In this document: positions 27,000 to 40,919 of the stretch, piece by piece
Layout: the number at the start of each line of letters is the position of its first letter
Position numbering within the stretch: position 1 is the first letter of the stretch
Assembly (NCBI GenBank): GCA_964016885.1
Contig: OZ024747.1
Coordinates: forward strand, 88,598,001 to 88,662,000
Source: Eledone cirrhosa
Lineage: Eukaryota
Reading direction: 5' to 3'
Length of the DNA: 64,000 nt
Notes under the pieces: model-generated
The model's input: only the letters and a program-made list of their open reading frames with translations
Databases searched by the model: none
What the model was told of the DNA's origin: nothing
Position numbers and translations under genes: made by a program

Positions 27000-27163
27000 G
27001 AAGTGGTAACACAACAGTTAGTTCACCATGCCGAGAACAATTGTTTCATGTGAAACAATTGTTCTCGGTATGATGAACTAACTGTTGTGTTACCACTTCT
27101 ACCTGACTCATCCCATGGACTGAGTGCTCTACCACTACGGATATTACCTTCCAGTGTTCTACC
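27000..27163 (+). repeat. Fold-back (about 50-bp arms, 27000-27099) with unique tail, between GA/CT tracts
   Basis: gaagtggtaacacaacagttagttca...gtttcat|gtgaaac...tgaactaactgttgtgttaccacttc. Confidence 0.8.
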
Positions 27164-27323
27164 TCTCTCTCTCTATATATATATCTGTGTTTGTGTGTTT
27201 GTGTGTGTTTGTGTGTATGGATGTTTATGATTTTTGGAATGCGTATGTGAGTATATCATCCATATTTTTGTGAATATGCATTTATGCGTACATTTGCACG
27301 CATATGCATATATATACCTATAG

Positions 27324-27358
<35 letters not shown>

Positions 27359-27499
27359 CCCATAGGTATATAGGTATATACATACATATACGTGCAAATG
27401 TACGCATAAGTGCATGTGGATACATCATATAGTGAGTACGCAGATAAGTTCTCAATAATTATATCGAAAGAATGGAGGAGGAGATGGATATTCACTAGG

Positions 27500-28230
27500 T
27501 TTGGCGGTAACAAAACAAAAATTGTAAATTCTAAAATTCTAAGTGGCTTATAAGATAGAGTGAATATGGTATTATTGATTTACCATTGTAAAGAAATGTG
27601 TAAATGTGTAAATAAGTTCAATGGAAAGAAGAAGGCATTTATTATGAGTATATTGGTAAGCTTATTACAGTAGGTGTTTGCTCTGTTACTGTAATTATTC
27701 TTTTCACTCCTATCGTTCTCGAAATTTGTGCTTTCCACATTGTTACAGATTGCTTTGTTACTGGTATTACTTCTTTCACCCTTTTTATTCTTATAATTTG
27801 TGTGTCAAAATGGATTCTATTTCCCTGACTTTGTGATTATCGCTACAGTTACTAATTGTTGTTGTAGTCCTATAGAGGAGCGAACAATTGTTCGGTTTAA
27901 GTGCATTTGTATTGTTCAAATTGGGTCTAAGTAGAGTCATATTAAGCAAGATAATGTTGTCATAATTGCAGACTCCCTGGGGATTATCTATACACATGAT
28001 TTTATCGTTATAACCAGATCTTTGCAGTGCTTCATTGTAATACTGAGCGCACTGATCAAAGCCAGCTTGACCGGGCTCAAAGTTTAAATTTACGCCAAGA
28101 AAGTTCACAATGTAATAATTAGTGTTTATAGTTATTGTTAGGTTATACTTCTTAAATAATCTATGCAAACATTTTTTATTTAGCTCAATGTTTCTACTAT
28201 TTCTGCTAACAGTTACAAGAAATAATATCA
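27500..28230 (-). mobile_element. Decayed Penelope-like RT fragment
   Basis: KKCLHRLFKKYNLTITINTN..VNFLGVNLN..FDQCAQYYNEALQRSGY in ORF 27791-28297; the start of that ORF comes from the adjacent SINE. Confidence 0.75.
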
Positions 28231-28244
28231 TTATTAGTGATAAT

Positions 28245-28436
28245 GGGCGGTGAATTGGCAGTATCGGTAGAGGGTCGGACGCCATGCTTTCCAGCATAGT
28301 TACGCCCCTTTACGGTCTGAGTTCAAATCCCGTCGAGGTTAACTTTGCCTTTCATCCTTACGGGGTAAATAAAATAAAGTACCAGTAATACACTGGGATA
28401 ATTGCTGGCTTTGTGCCAAAAGTAGAAACACTTATT
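28245..28436 (+). mobile_element. Group A SINE, full length
   Basis: A-box-like tggcagtatcgg, B-box gttcaaatcc, core and attat tail. Confidence 0.88.
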
Positions 28437-28969
28437 AGTAATAACGATGTAGTGTCTCAAACCAGTGTGAGATATGCATACATTTTAGGATAATGAACAT
28501 TTAAAGAAATAATTAGAATCCCTCTCAACACTATTAATCTCATTTTTACAAACTTTTCGCTTCAGCATGCTTAACTCTATTAAGCTCAAAATCGTAGCTC
28601 ACCATGCTTTCCTATCTCCTACAAGTGATTCAACGCTTTTGTAACAATTTAAGACATTTCAAATTTGATTTTAAAGAATCTTTGTATCTTTTCTTTGGCT
28701 TATTAGTTTGCTTTTTCTTTCCTAGCATAAGACATTTGCTTCGGAATGCGCCCATCATCCATACGGATGAGATGGCCTGTATGTCGTAGCTGATTCCTAA
28801 TCAGCAGGGCTTGGATTAATGAGATCCTATCTTCAGCGAGAACGTCAGTGTCGGGAATGAGTGAGGATCAGATTATTCTGAGCATGTGGCGAAGGCAGTT
28901 TTGGTAAAATATTTCTAACATTTTACAGGACGAGTGTATATTGTCCAACTTATATATATATGTGTGTGT

Positions 28970-29040
<71 letters not shown>

Positions 29041-29043
<3 letters not shown>

Positions 29044-29234
29044 ATTGGAATTTCATATTTCTAAAGAAATACAGTATGTTTATAAATAAACTAGAAAGAC
29101 GTAGCTATGCAAAAACACCGGTATTTTTGCATAGTTACGGCTTTCTAAATGTTTATTTATAAACATACCATATTTCTTTAGAAATACGAAATTCCAATAC
29201 ATATCTGCATACATCTATGCTCGTAGCTAAATCC

Positions 29235-29240
<6 letters not shown>
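29041..29240 (+). repeat. Fold-back (about 80-bp arms centred at 29119/29120) with tail, between TG and TA tracts
   Basis: Near-perfect palindrome around accggt. Confidence 0.8.
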
Positions 29241-29291
<51 letters not shown>

Positions 29292-30989
29292 CTCAACGCT
29301 TAAAAAACCGAAAATTCGGCCTCCTACATTGTTTACCAACGGAAGTCTGTCTGTCTGTCAGTCTGTTTACCTGCCTGCTGACATCTGAAAGCTGTTGTCT
29401 AGTTTCCTAGTTAAACAGGAAAAGTGTTGTCATGGGTTCTTAGCTTGGGATTCAATTCTTTATAGAGATCAATGGAAACTTCTTTTTCCGTCTTTTAAGG
29501 GTTTTCACTATATTTTATAAGCTATCATGAGCTTCCATATTTGGGTATTCGATATTTTTTTGTTTGTTTTCAGCCACTTGCAGAGTACAATTAAAGCCCT
29601 TGTATGGCTATAACTTGTCTTGGTCACCAGTTGATGGATGCATCCCATTAAATGAAATTAAAACCAGACTATAGTGTAGTGTATGATGCTCTCGTGAAAT
29701 ACATTAGAAGTAGTATTTTAAACTAAGGACTATATTTTGGAGGACGGTGAGACGTTCTTATGTTTTTCTAGTTTACTTGTGATGAATAGGAAATACATTT
29801 GCTTAATAGAATTATTTTTCTTGCCTTTAAAACCCTCTTTGTATTGTTTATAATTATAATTGCTATTATGAATAAATAAACGGATAAATAAGTCTAATGA
29901 ATAAATAACCCTAATGGGAGTGAAATTTCCACGAAATAAAATTTAAAATTTATCAGGTTCCGATAACTGATGAATAGATTTCCCTCATTAGTTGTTCTGT
30001 TGCTGCCTACATAATTCAGACTAAGCCTCTCGTGCTAAGACAGCTGTCGTTGTCATTCAGCCTTATCGCGCAACGATAGAATGTAACGCCAGGGAAATCT
30101 CAAGCTATCGCTTCCGTTATCTAATTACTTCAAAATTATATATAAATTCTAAAAACATCATGCCAAGAATAATCAAAGACTTAAATACAATAAGCGCTAA
30201 AAATAGAAGGTAAAGGAAGCAAATAGGTTTGTTTTTCATCAGTAATTGGTCCCCTTATTGTCTTGGATTTGATACAATGAAATTACTTTATTCAAATAAG
30301 GGAATCTGTCAAGATGAATTGATTTCTTTAAAGTAAAAACATGTCCATTAGTAGAGAAGAGAAATAAGACTGCGTTCCTACATTTCTCAAATTATCAGTG
30401 ATGTGTAAAGAAACACTCTTTACTTGCTCGTACCCTTAATCGATACAGAGACGATCCAAACTCAACTGAATGAATATGCCTCCACGTAATTATTCAGCCT
30501 GCTAGAATTAGTAACCGAGTCCCTTTCAAAACCCAACCTACCGTCTTTTAACAGAGGAAGAACATAGTTTATAATGTAGTAAACGATGAAATGTATCAAA
30601 AATATGGGCTGGTCACGGATAAAATGGATTTGATCCTATCCTCCCATAAAGTCGTATTTAATAAGTTGGTGACATACTACATAGCGGCATGAAAGATAGG
30701 ATTTTCCACACCAGTCCTAACCCTGTCTAAAAGACCTATGAATACATCCAGAAAGGTCATCTCTTTGTTCTCTGTATATTGTGTCGATTCATTTGAAATG
30801 CTTTGCAGACCTCGTGCTTGATTCCCGCTGACTGAATGCATGTTTCTTAAGTAGGTTTTTAACATTTATGAATGAGGTTGCATCGCAGGGCCCTGTACGG
30901 AGTGAATTGTTCACAGAAATCTATGTCGATCCTCATGGCTTTTAGTGCTGTCTTCAGGCTATCTTTGTAAATGCAGAATAGTTGTTTTG

Positions 30990-31043
<54 letters not shown>

Positions 31044-31192
31044 CAAAACAACTATTCTGCATATTTTTAAAATTGAGTTTGAATTATTTTCCCATATCTT
31101 ACGTTAAATATTTTCCATTTTGACGTTATAGTCACTTATATATTATGAAATACTGTTGGCTTCTTGCTCACATTAATTTCTCTATTTTCATT

Positions 31193-31248
<56 letters not shown>

Positions 31249-31472
31249 TGTACACACACATAAAATTAATCAAGATCGGTGGTATTAATTCGACGGTCTC
31301 CGGCCATCTAGCTCACTCAATGAATCTGCCGAATTGCTGTAATACATGTGCAATCAGCCGTTGAGAGTGCTCACATTTAGTTATTAGCAGATACAGTGGC
31401 GGTGTTTAGGTAGAGAGAAAGGTATATATAAATATAAATATACATATAATATATCTATATACATATATAAGC

Positions 31473-31510
<38 letters not shown>

Positions 31511-31914
31511 GCATATATACATACATATATATGAAAATCCTATCTATATATATGTATGTATATATCGATCGACTTTCGTCAAATCGGACCGAGGAAACAA
31601 TGTTTACGTTGGTCTTTCCAGTTGCTAGTACTATCTATCGGTCGCAACTCCAGGTAGAAGGAGCAACGTGAAATAAAGTGTCTTGCTCAAGGACATAACG
31701 CATCGCCCGGTCCAGGAATCGAACTCGCAACCTCAAGATTGTGAATCCAATTCTCTAACCATTCAGCCACACGCCTTCACACGCCTTCATATATATATAT
31801 ATGTATATATACATATACATACTTATATATACATACATATATACATGCATATATATATATACATAATGTTATATTTGGGGAGGGTCATATTGTTATAATA
31901 TTGCCAAAAATAAT

Positions 31915-32320
31915 AAATTGTTTCTACTTTTGGCACAAGGCCAGCAATTATCCAGTACATTACTGGTACTTTATTTTATCGACCCCGTAAGGATGAAAGG
32001 CAAAGTTAATCTCGGCGGGATTTGAACTCAGAACATAAAGGGCCATAACTCTATGCTGCAAAGCATGGTGTATGACGCTCTACCGATACTGCCAATCCAA
32101 TAATAATTGTTTCTACTTTTGGCACAAGGCCAGAAATTATCCCAGTGTATTACTGGTACTTTATTTTATCAACCCCGTAAGGATGAAAGGCAAAGTTAAC
32201 CTCGGCGGAATTTGAACTCAGAATGGCAAGGGCCGTAACTCAATGCGTCAAAGCATGGCGTCCGATCCTCTACCGATTACTGCCAATCCACCCCTCTACC
32301 GATACTGCCAATCCATAATA
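31915..32320 (-). mobile_element. Two tandem group A SINEs
   Basis: Reverse complement of the consensus, twice. Confidence 0.88.
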
Positions 32321-32943
32321 ATAATAATAATAAAACACACTCACATACAGACATATATATACATATATATACATATATATACATACTGGAACGTAAACAA
32401 ATCCTAACTAAACCATGCCTCCGCAAACACAAACCACATTCCTATAATATACACTACTTCCAACACAGAAAGAGAGAAACACACACACACACATATATAG
32501 ATCGATGTGTGTGTGTACGTGTTCCTGTGTGTGTACGTATACATACTTTATCTATACATACTTTTTTAATATTAACCATCGAGATCTAAGTATTATAACA
32601 AGAACAATTTGAAATAAAAAAAGAACACCAGTAAATTATTTTTGGAAATATAATAAATTATATTTATTGAATATATCTGGAAAAGCTGATAAGAAACGTG
32701 TTTTTGAGTAAATATTTACGCTTGGTTCCCCAAAGCATTATAGTCATGCATAAATCATATATGCATCATCGACAGTTTATTTTATCAATATTAAGAACAT
32801 TCGTGCAAAACTCATAAAGGTAATTGAAGTGAAGAATAATTGACGAAATACTGGTGTGGAAAATGTGCTTCGGCACCGCTAATAAAACACCTTATTTTAT
32901 AGGTTACTGTATTGTTATTGGTATTATTATTATTATTATTATG

Positions 32944-33570
32944 ATGTGAATGCGGTAAGGGCGGTGGATTGGCAGTATCGGTAGAGGGTCGGACGCCATG
33001 CTTTGCAGCATAGAGTTACGGCCCTTTATGGTCTGAGTTAAAATCCCGCCGAGGTTAGCTTTTCTTTTCATCTTTACGGGTTCGATAAAATAAAGCACCA
33101 GTAACGTACTGGGTCGATTTAATCGACTTTGCCCCCCCCCCAAATTACTGGCCTTGTGCCTATATAAGAAACCATTATTATTATGTGAACGGCGGTGGAT
33201 TGACAGTATCGGTAGAGGGTCGGACGCTATGCTTTGCAGCATAGTTACGTCCCTTTACGGACTGAGTTCAAATCCCGCCGAGGTTAACTTTGCCTTACGG
33301 GGTCGATAAAATAAAGTACCAGTAATGCACTGGGTAATTGCTGGCCTTGTGCCTAAAGTAGAAACAATTATTATTATGTGAATGCGATGAATTTGTAGAA
33401 TCGGTAGAGCATCAGACACCATGCTTCTCGGCATGGAGTTACGGCCTTTTACAGTCAGAGTTCAAATCCCGCAGAGGTTAACTTTGCCTTTCATCCTTAC
33501 GGGGTCGATAAAGCACCGGTAATACATTGACATAATTGTTAGCCTTGTGTCAAAAGTAGAAACAATTATT
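32944..33570 (+). mobile_element. Three tandem group A SINEs
   Basis: Units start at about 32944, 33183 and 33376, joined by attattatgtgaa. Confidence 0.88.
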
Positions 33571-33897
33571 ATGTGAATGCACGTGGCTTTGTGGTTAGAG
33601 TATTCATCTCATGATCGTAAGGTCGTGAGTTCGATTCCCAGCGGCGCGTTGTGTCCTTGAGCAAGACACCTTATTTCACGTTGTTCTAGTCCACTAGGCT
33701 GGCAAAAATGAGTTGTACCTGTAATTCGTAGGGCCAGCTTTGTCACATTCTGTGTCACGCTGAATCTCCCTTAAAAATACGTTATAGGTACGCGTGTTTC
33801 TGGAATGCTCAGCCACTTGTACGTTAATTTCACGAGCAGGCTGTTCAGTTGATCGTATCAATAGGAATACTCATCGTCGTAACTGACGGAGTGCTAC
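33571..33897 (+). mobile_element. Group B tRNA-derived CORE-type SINE (octopus OR-like), full length
   Basis: tggctttgtggttag A-box, gttcgattccc B-box, CORE-like gtgtccttgagcaagacac. Confidence 0.85.
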
Positions 33898-34614
33898 AAA
33901 AAAAAATATTATTTGTATACACTCAGAAAATTAACAATGACACTAGAATATTTCAATGCTCTAACTTAAGATAAAGGCACTTTTGTATTTGTCACATAAA
34001 ATTTTGAACAAGTAAATATTGTTTGAAATTGAAGGCAATTTGTAAATATGATTAAATCAAATTGTCGAAACATTTTACACATTTCAGGAAACTAAAAGTA
34101 TGGTACGAATATGTATATTTCGAAAATTTAAAAACTATTGAATAATAAAAGTGCTACACATATGCCAGCATATTAATATAAAGGATCGAACGTAATGACT
34201 TAGTTTCCTTTTACAATTCCATTAATATAGTTAGTAAAGTGAATTATTTCCAATAACGTTGCCGGTACAAATCAGTGTTTCAAATATGTTTATTAAAAAT
34301 AACCTCAAACATCTATGTGTGTGTGGGGGGGGGGGGGGGGGATGTGTGTGTTTGAAGGTATTCGCTTAAGTATGCCTTGTTGCCATGTATTTTAAGTAAT
34401 ATATATACATAATACCTCTATACTCTATATTTCCATACTTAGGGCTCATTATTTCGTAATTACAAATTCACACTCAGATAAGTATATATATACCTACACT
34501 TACTCGGGATAAGGATTACTTAGATACACACGACCTTAACACCCTCTGTCCTACAAGGCCAGGGAGAGGAAGGAGCCCCGCGAAGTCGTGTGGCTGTTGC
34601 AGCGGGTGTCGCTG

Positions 34615-34897
34615 GCCAATTCACCGCATTCACATAATAATTGTTTCTACTTTTGGCACAAGGCCACCAATTATCCCAGTGTATTACTGGTACTTTATTT
34701 TATAGACCCCGTAAGGATGAAAGGCAAAGTTAACCTCGGCGGGATTTGAACTCAGACCAGTGACGGCCCTTTATGGTCTGAGTTCAAATCCCGCCGAGGT
34801 TAACTTTGCCTTTCATCCTTACGGGGTCGATAAAATAAAGTACCAGTAATACACGGGGATAATAGCTGGCCTTGCGCCAAAAGAAATGAACAATTAT
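34615..34897. mobile_element. Palindromic pair of group A SINEs
   Basis: Minus copy to about 34760, plus copy from about 34762. Confidence 0.88.
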
Positions 34898-35553
34898 AAT
34901 GGTGAGTGACATGTAGCAAGGAGGAAAATGACGTTCAGCATTCGAGACTTGATCGATAGAAGACCACTTCTCTTCCGCTACTAATATTCTTCGAAAATGT
35001 ACATACTCTCAAATCGCCGTTGCCATTTCTACTAAACTACATTGCATTCATTTCTGGTAAAACACAAATAACAAAATGATACTTGATAATAGTATAAAAT
35101 TGATAACTGGTAATCACATTAAACATTCCAGGCAAACATATTTTGAAATAAACATATTTTGAAATACATTTCCAGATTAAAAAATACGATTATTGTGAGA
35201 TTAGTTGACTAGTTAAATAAATTACTGCTTTTTATTTTATCGATTGTGTAAAATGGGTAAAATGCAAAGATTATCGTGGGATTTAAATTCCGATAACGTA
35301 GGCCTTTGCTGAGTAGGTGGAGAGATTTTATCCTCAAACCAGTGATCTGGCCTAAATATTTACAACAAAGTGAACTCCGCTAAAAACACTTATAGACAAG
35401 GTTGTGCTGTTAAACTGAATGACGAATTACGTCTACCACCCAGAAATTCAGAACACAAAAAGTCGAAACAAATGTATGTAGGTAAATAGATTTACTTAAA
35501 TCTCTAAATGTATGTATACATAGAACGTCAGATTCAACTTGTGTTATTCCTTT

Positions 35554-35876
<323 letters not shown>

Positions 35877-35896
35877 CCCCAAAAAATATATATATT

Positions 35897-36010
<114 letters not shown>

Positions 36011-36053
36011 CATATATATACACATATTCATATATATATATATATATATACAC

Positions 36054-36084
<31 letters not shown>

Positions 36085-36126
36085 CATATATATACATACA
36101 TATATATATATATATATATACATACA

Positions 36127-36167
<41 letters not shown>

Positions 36168-36201
36168 ACATATATATACATACATACATATATATATATA
36201 T

Positions 36202-36289
36202 GTACTCAATACTTAGGGTAGTAGAGTACTCAATACTTAGGGTAGTAGAGTGGGAAATAGGAAAAAGTATGGGGTCATACTTTTTCCTA
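36202..36289 (-). mobile_element. Member of the 18338 family with a 24-bp internal duplication
   Basis: gtactcaatacttagggtagtaga twice, then ggaaaaagtatggggtcatactttttcc. Confidence 0.72.
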
Positions 36290-36543
36290 TATACATATAT
36301 ATATATATGTATGTATATATATATATATATTTCTTATTCTTATATATATATATAGAGAGAGAGAGAGAGAATTAGTATATCTACCAACATATGCGTACAT
36401 ATGTACACTAATGCTAGCAAATACATAAGTTATGTCATAGTACCTAGGTGGTTCAATGCAGGAGGATGCAGAACAATTATATGAAAGACGTAAAATAAAA
36501 AAATTTTGAAAAATTAAAAATCAACTTACTTACTAAAATTTTC

Positions 36544-36625
36544 ACTCCAACTAATTAGTTTCTGGAATGGGATAAAGATGGTTATGCAATGTAACCATCG
36601 AGAATTCATTACGTCATCAGGGAGT
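36544..36625 (-). ncRNA. Type I hammerhead ribozyme motif
   Basis: ACTCC-CTGATGA-[stem II with GATGGTTA/TAACCATC]-GAAAC-TAATTA-GTT-GGAGT; the base of stem II is mismatched. Confidence 0.8.
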
Positions 36626-37081
36626 CTATTCTCAGCTAAGTCTCCAGGCAATGCGCGGACACTAGGGACTCATATAAAAATAATAATTCGGTGGATGGAA
36701 CAGCTAGCGGGGACTAAATTCCATGCACTGAAAAAGTTCACTGTCTCTGGTCAAATGGCAGATTCTAAAGAATCAATCACGTGGCACTGAGGCTAGTCGG
36801 AAGGAGTGGAGTGGTAAGATGACAAAAGCCTACTACCACACCAATGAATTAGTAGTGGATTTGGCAGGTTTGCTCAACAAATAAATAATTTGGAGATAAA
36901 TATAGAGAATTAGTATATCTACCAACATATGCGTACATATGTACACTAATGCTAGCAAATACATAAGTTATGTCATAGTACCTAGGTGGTTCAATGCAGG
37001 AGGATGCAGAACAATTATATGAAAGACGTAAAATAAAAAAATTTTGAAAAATTAAAAATCAACTTACTTACTAAAATTTTC

Positions 37082-37163
37082 ACTCCAACTAATTAGTTTC
37101 TGTAATGGGATAAAGATGGTTATGCAATGTAACCATCGAGAATTCATTACCTCATCAGGGAGT
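37082..37163 (-). ncRNA. Type I hammerhead ribozyme motif (second copy)
   Basis: ACTCC-CTGATGA-gGTAATG...CATTACa-GAAAC-TAATTA-GTT-GGAGT. Confidence 0.82.
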
Positions 37164-37226
37164 TTATTCTCAGCTAAGTCTCCAGGCAATGCGCGGACAC
37201 TAGGGGCTCATATCTTATTTTACGTC

Positions 37227-37285
<59 letters not shown>

Positions 37286-37485
37286 AATAAGAAGAATAAG
37301 AGGTTATCGGGAGTAGCATGTTTCTCTGCTAGCACCGGTTGCATCTCAGCCTATTCAATAGGTAAGGTTATGAGTAGACACAAAGTTATTTGCCTCGATA
37401 CAACACACATAAATTGGTACCATAAATTTATACCCATATATATATATATATGGGTATGTATATATGTATATATATAATGTATGTA

Positions 37486-37523
<38 letters not shown>

Positions 37524-37538
37524 TTAAATATATACCCA

Positions 37539-37579
<41 letters not shown>

Positions 37580-37613
37580 ATATATATATACCCATATATG
37601 TATATATATACCA

Positions 37614-37667
<54 letters not shown>

Positions 37668-37723
37668 TATAGATATATATGTATATATATATACCCATAT
37701 ATGTATATATATATATATACCCA

Positions 37724-37831
<108 letters not shown>

Positions 37832-37832
37832 C

Positions 37833-37887
<55 letters not shown>

Positions 37888-38300
37888 GTATATCTTTGAT
37901 TTCGAAAAGAATCCTGCAGATAGGGAATTAATGGCTCATTGAGTTATTAAGTGTAAGTTGTGCACCAAGCGGAATATCAAACGTGTTTTTTCTTTCCAAA
38001 CAGTCCCTGGTAGTAATTCTAAGTATTGTCAGCGTTTTCTAAAGGGAACCTTGGTCCACATTATAAATACACTTAAAAATAGTTTTCACACAATTGTTTC
38101 ACAATTGACATTTAACTGAGACAAGTAAATCATTATAGCTTTCATAATATAGCATTTATTTCAAGATGGATCAGCAAATGGCAAATTTGATTTTGAATTG
38201 GATCACATGACGAAGAGAGACCGTATTGTCTCACCGAAGATGTGCTCTGGCTATAGCTAAAACATTTGCTGGTGGTCTAGTCCACTGAGCTGTAAATTGG

Positions 38301-38497
38301 CAGATCTGTTAACTCTCTCCGTCCAACGGGGAGATCTCCCTCCCACTTTGGGGGTGGGTGAGAGATGTCTCCTTTTGTGAAAATGGATATAGCTTTGATT
38401 CTGTAAAATCTCCCCATTTTGCCTAATTTTTTCCCGTTTTGGAGCCCCCTTTTTTCATGGTACTCCCCGATTGGGTTTTTAGAGATTGGCAGGTCTG
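38301..38497. mobile_element. MITE, copy 2
   Basis: Same body and TIRs; flanks aaattgg / aaattga suggest a degraded TSD. Confidence 0.75.
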
Positions 38498-40919
38498 AAA
38501 TTGAGCACAATGTTATATAGATAGTTATATAGATAGTTATTCCAGTGTACGTTATCTTGAAGGTCAAGTATATACGTCTTTTGCAAGGTCCAGTATACTT
38601 TAGGACATGATTTAATATTTAATATATATTTTAATAAGATTATTATCTCAGTACGTTTGTATAACTGTTATTCATTAGCAATTTGTATATATGTACTATA
38701 ATCGTATACAGCTTTCCGGGCTCAATAAAACAAAGTATCAATTAAGTACTGTGGTTGATATAATTGACTTTCCCTCCCCACTCAAATTGCTGGTCTTGTG
38801 CCAAAGTTAAACACCATTATATAAAGGTGTAAAAAAAATTTCTTCATCCACAATCTTAGCAAGGTGTCCGTCAACTCCGAAATGTCGAGTAATAAATCTA
38901 TCAAATTAAATCACGGACACTTCAACATTGAAAGGAAATAAAAGATTCACGTTAAATATGGTTGATTTCTTGAAGAAAAAACAACAAAAACTGCGATATC
39001 GGTAATAGTAACAACAACAGCAAAACAGTCACCGTCGTCGTTGTTGCTGTTGTTGTTGCTGCTGGTGTTGTTTAGGAGATATAGCTGCCATGGCAACAGT
39101 AATAACTGTACAGTTTCTTTAAGAATTGGTAACGATATTCTTGATGATTCTAGTTGCATTCGAAGTAGTTCTGGATGTGTATGGACACAACAACAAATAT
39201 AATGACCACGACAGTAGCAGGAAATAGTGGTAGTAATGTTATTATCTGTATTCCTCTTATTGATTATTCCCATTGGCACGAGGCCATATATGTAGAGAAT
39301 AATAACATAGATGTTTAAACAGACCGGCGTACTTAAATCCCACGGGGCATTTTACCCAACACTAACATTTATCCAATTCTGTATGTACGCATAGACCCGT
39401 AATTCCTGGTGGTCTCATGGGGGTGACGTTGCATATTTTTAAACCTAATACAGCTCAGCCCTCACCACATCTGAACACAGACGATTTTTTTTACACATAA
39501 GGAGAGAGAGTATGTGGTATAGAGAGGAAGTGAGAAAGAGATACATAGGACTGGTACTTTTTCATCAACCTCGACGCAGAAAGCCAAAATTAATGCCGCA
39601 AATAATTCTGCCTGACATTCTAATGACTCTACCATTTTTCTCTCGCCTCCTTTTCTCCAACTCTACCATCTTTATTGTTGATTATAGACACACGACCACA
39701 TATTTGGGGGGAACGGGTAGAATGGATTTCCGTCTGATTCGACGATGAGTGTTCCAGTTGTTCGATCAAAGGAACATTCTTCTCGTGAAGCAAGTGTGTA
39801 AGTGGATCAACATTCCACAGACATCATTTTTCAGGGTGATACAGTGAGTGGCAAGGTTATCATTGGTTTAATCGGCCAGTAGCCTGTCTAATTATTTCTG
39901 TCGGTGAATTTTAGGAAATATATATGTAAGGCGCTGAGTCGTTAGAACGTCGGATAGACTGCTTTGTGGCATTCGTTCTGGCTCTTTCTCTGAGTTCAAA
40001 TCCCACCGAGGTCAAATTTGCCTTTCATCCATTCGCGGTCAATAAAAATGTACCAGGCAAGTATTGGAGTCAATTCTTGTTCTATATCTCTTTTTCACTT
40101 CTCTCTATAAATTACTCTCCATACTTCTCAGGAAAAAATCTGCTGTGTTCAGACATAGGGAAGAATTAGCTGGTTCTTTGTTGTTTTAGTGAATATTTAA
40201 CATATATAGTAAATGATAAGAAACGTTGCAAATAGAATATACGCGTAGTATGAAATTATATATAAACATTATTCATCATTCGGCGACAAATCAAACAAAA
40301 CTTTGTAGAAATTATATTTCTCTAGAATTTATTATATAAAAGATGGTCAAAAATGGCAAATTTGTCCCGAATAAAAGAATTGTTGTCTGAAATTTGATTT
40401 TAGCGTATTTCGTAACTGAGACGTATATGAAAGCATATATTATATGTTGTGTGCAGAGTCAGTTGTCCGTAGGGAGGTAGTGGTTTGTACTTAACGAGGG
40501 TTTTTAGAACCTTGTTTTTGTTATTCCCGTATGTATTATTATATCTTCGGGTTCAAAATAAACAATGATAAGCTTCGTTATAGGTATTTAAAGCTGTGAT
40601 TATATCAGATCACAGTTTAAAATATCGATAGCAAGAGTGGTTACGTTTATTATATGTAAACATAAAGAAATCATTATGTATGAACATATTGTATATGCTT
40701 TCATATACGCATCTGTTACTAATGGCGCTAAAACGCAAACAATGACATGTACATGAAATGTGCAAGTAGCTGTGCATTCATGAGACACATGCAACTTTTA
40801 TGCAGTTATCAGTGAGACTCAGTGTGGCATATTGTGTGAAAAGGCTGACCCTAACTGTTACAAGTGAAATTCATTTTTATCCAGCTACGTGCGAGTACAA
40901 GAGTGTCTTGCACAAGGGT

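Larger units (their letters stand above)
36366..37234 (-). mobile_element. Non-coding tandem pLTR/retrozyme-like element with two hammerheads, 538-bp period
   Basis: Direct repeats 36366-36675 and 36904-37213; 20-bp inverted piece at 37215-37234; flanked by GA/TA microsatellites. Confidence 0.8.

Noticed and set aside
33571-33645. tRNA gene
   Set aside because: The A/B boxes belong to a SINE head that continues into the CORE-like body; no clean cloverleaf
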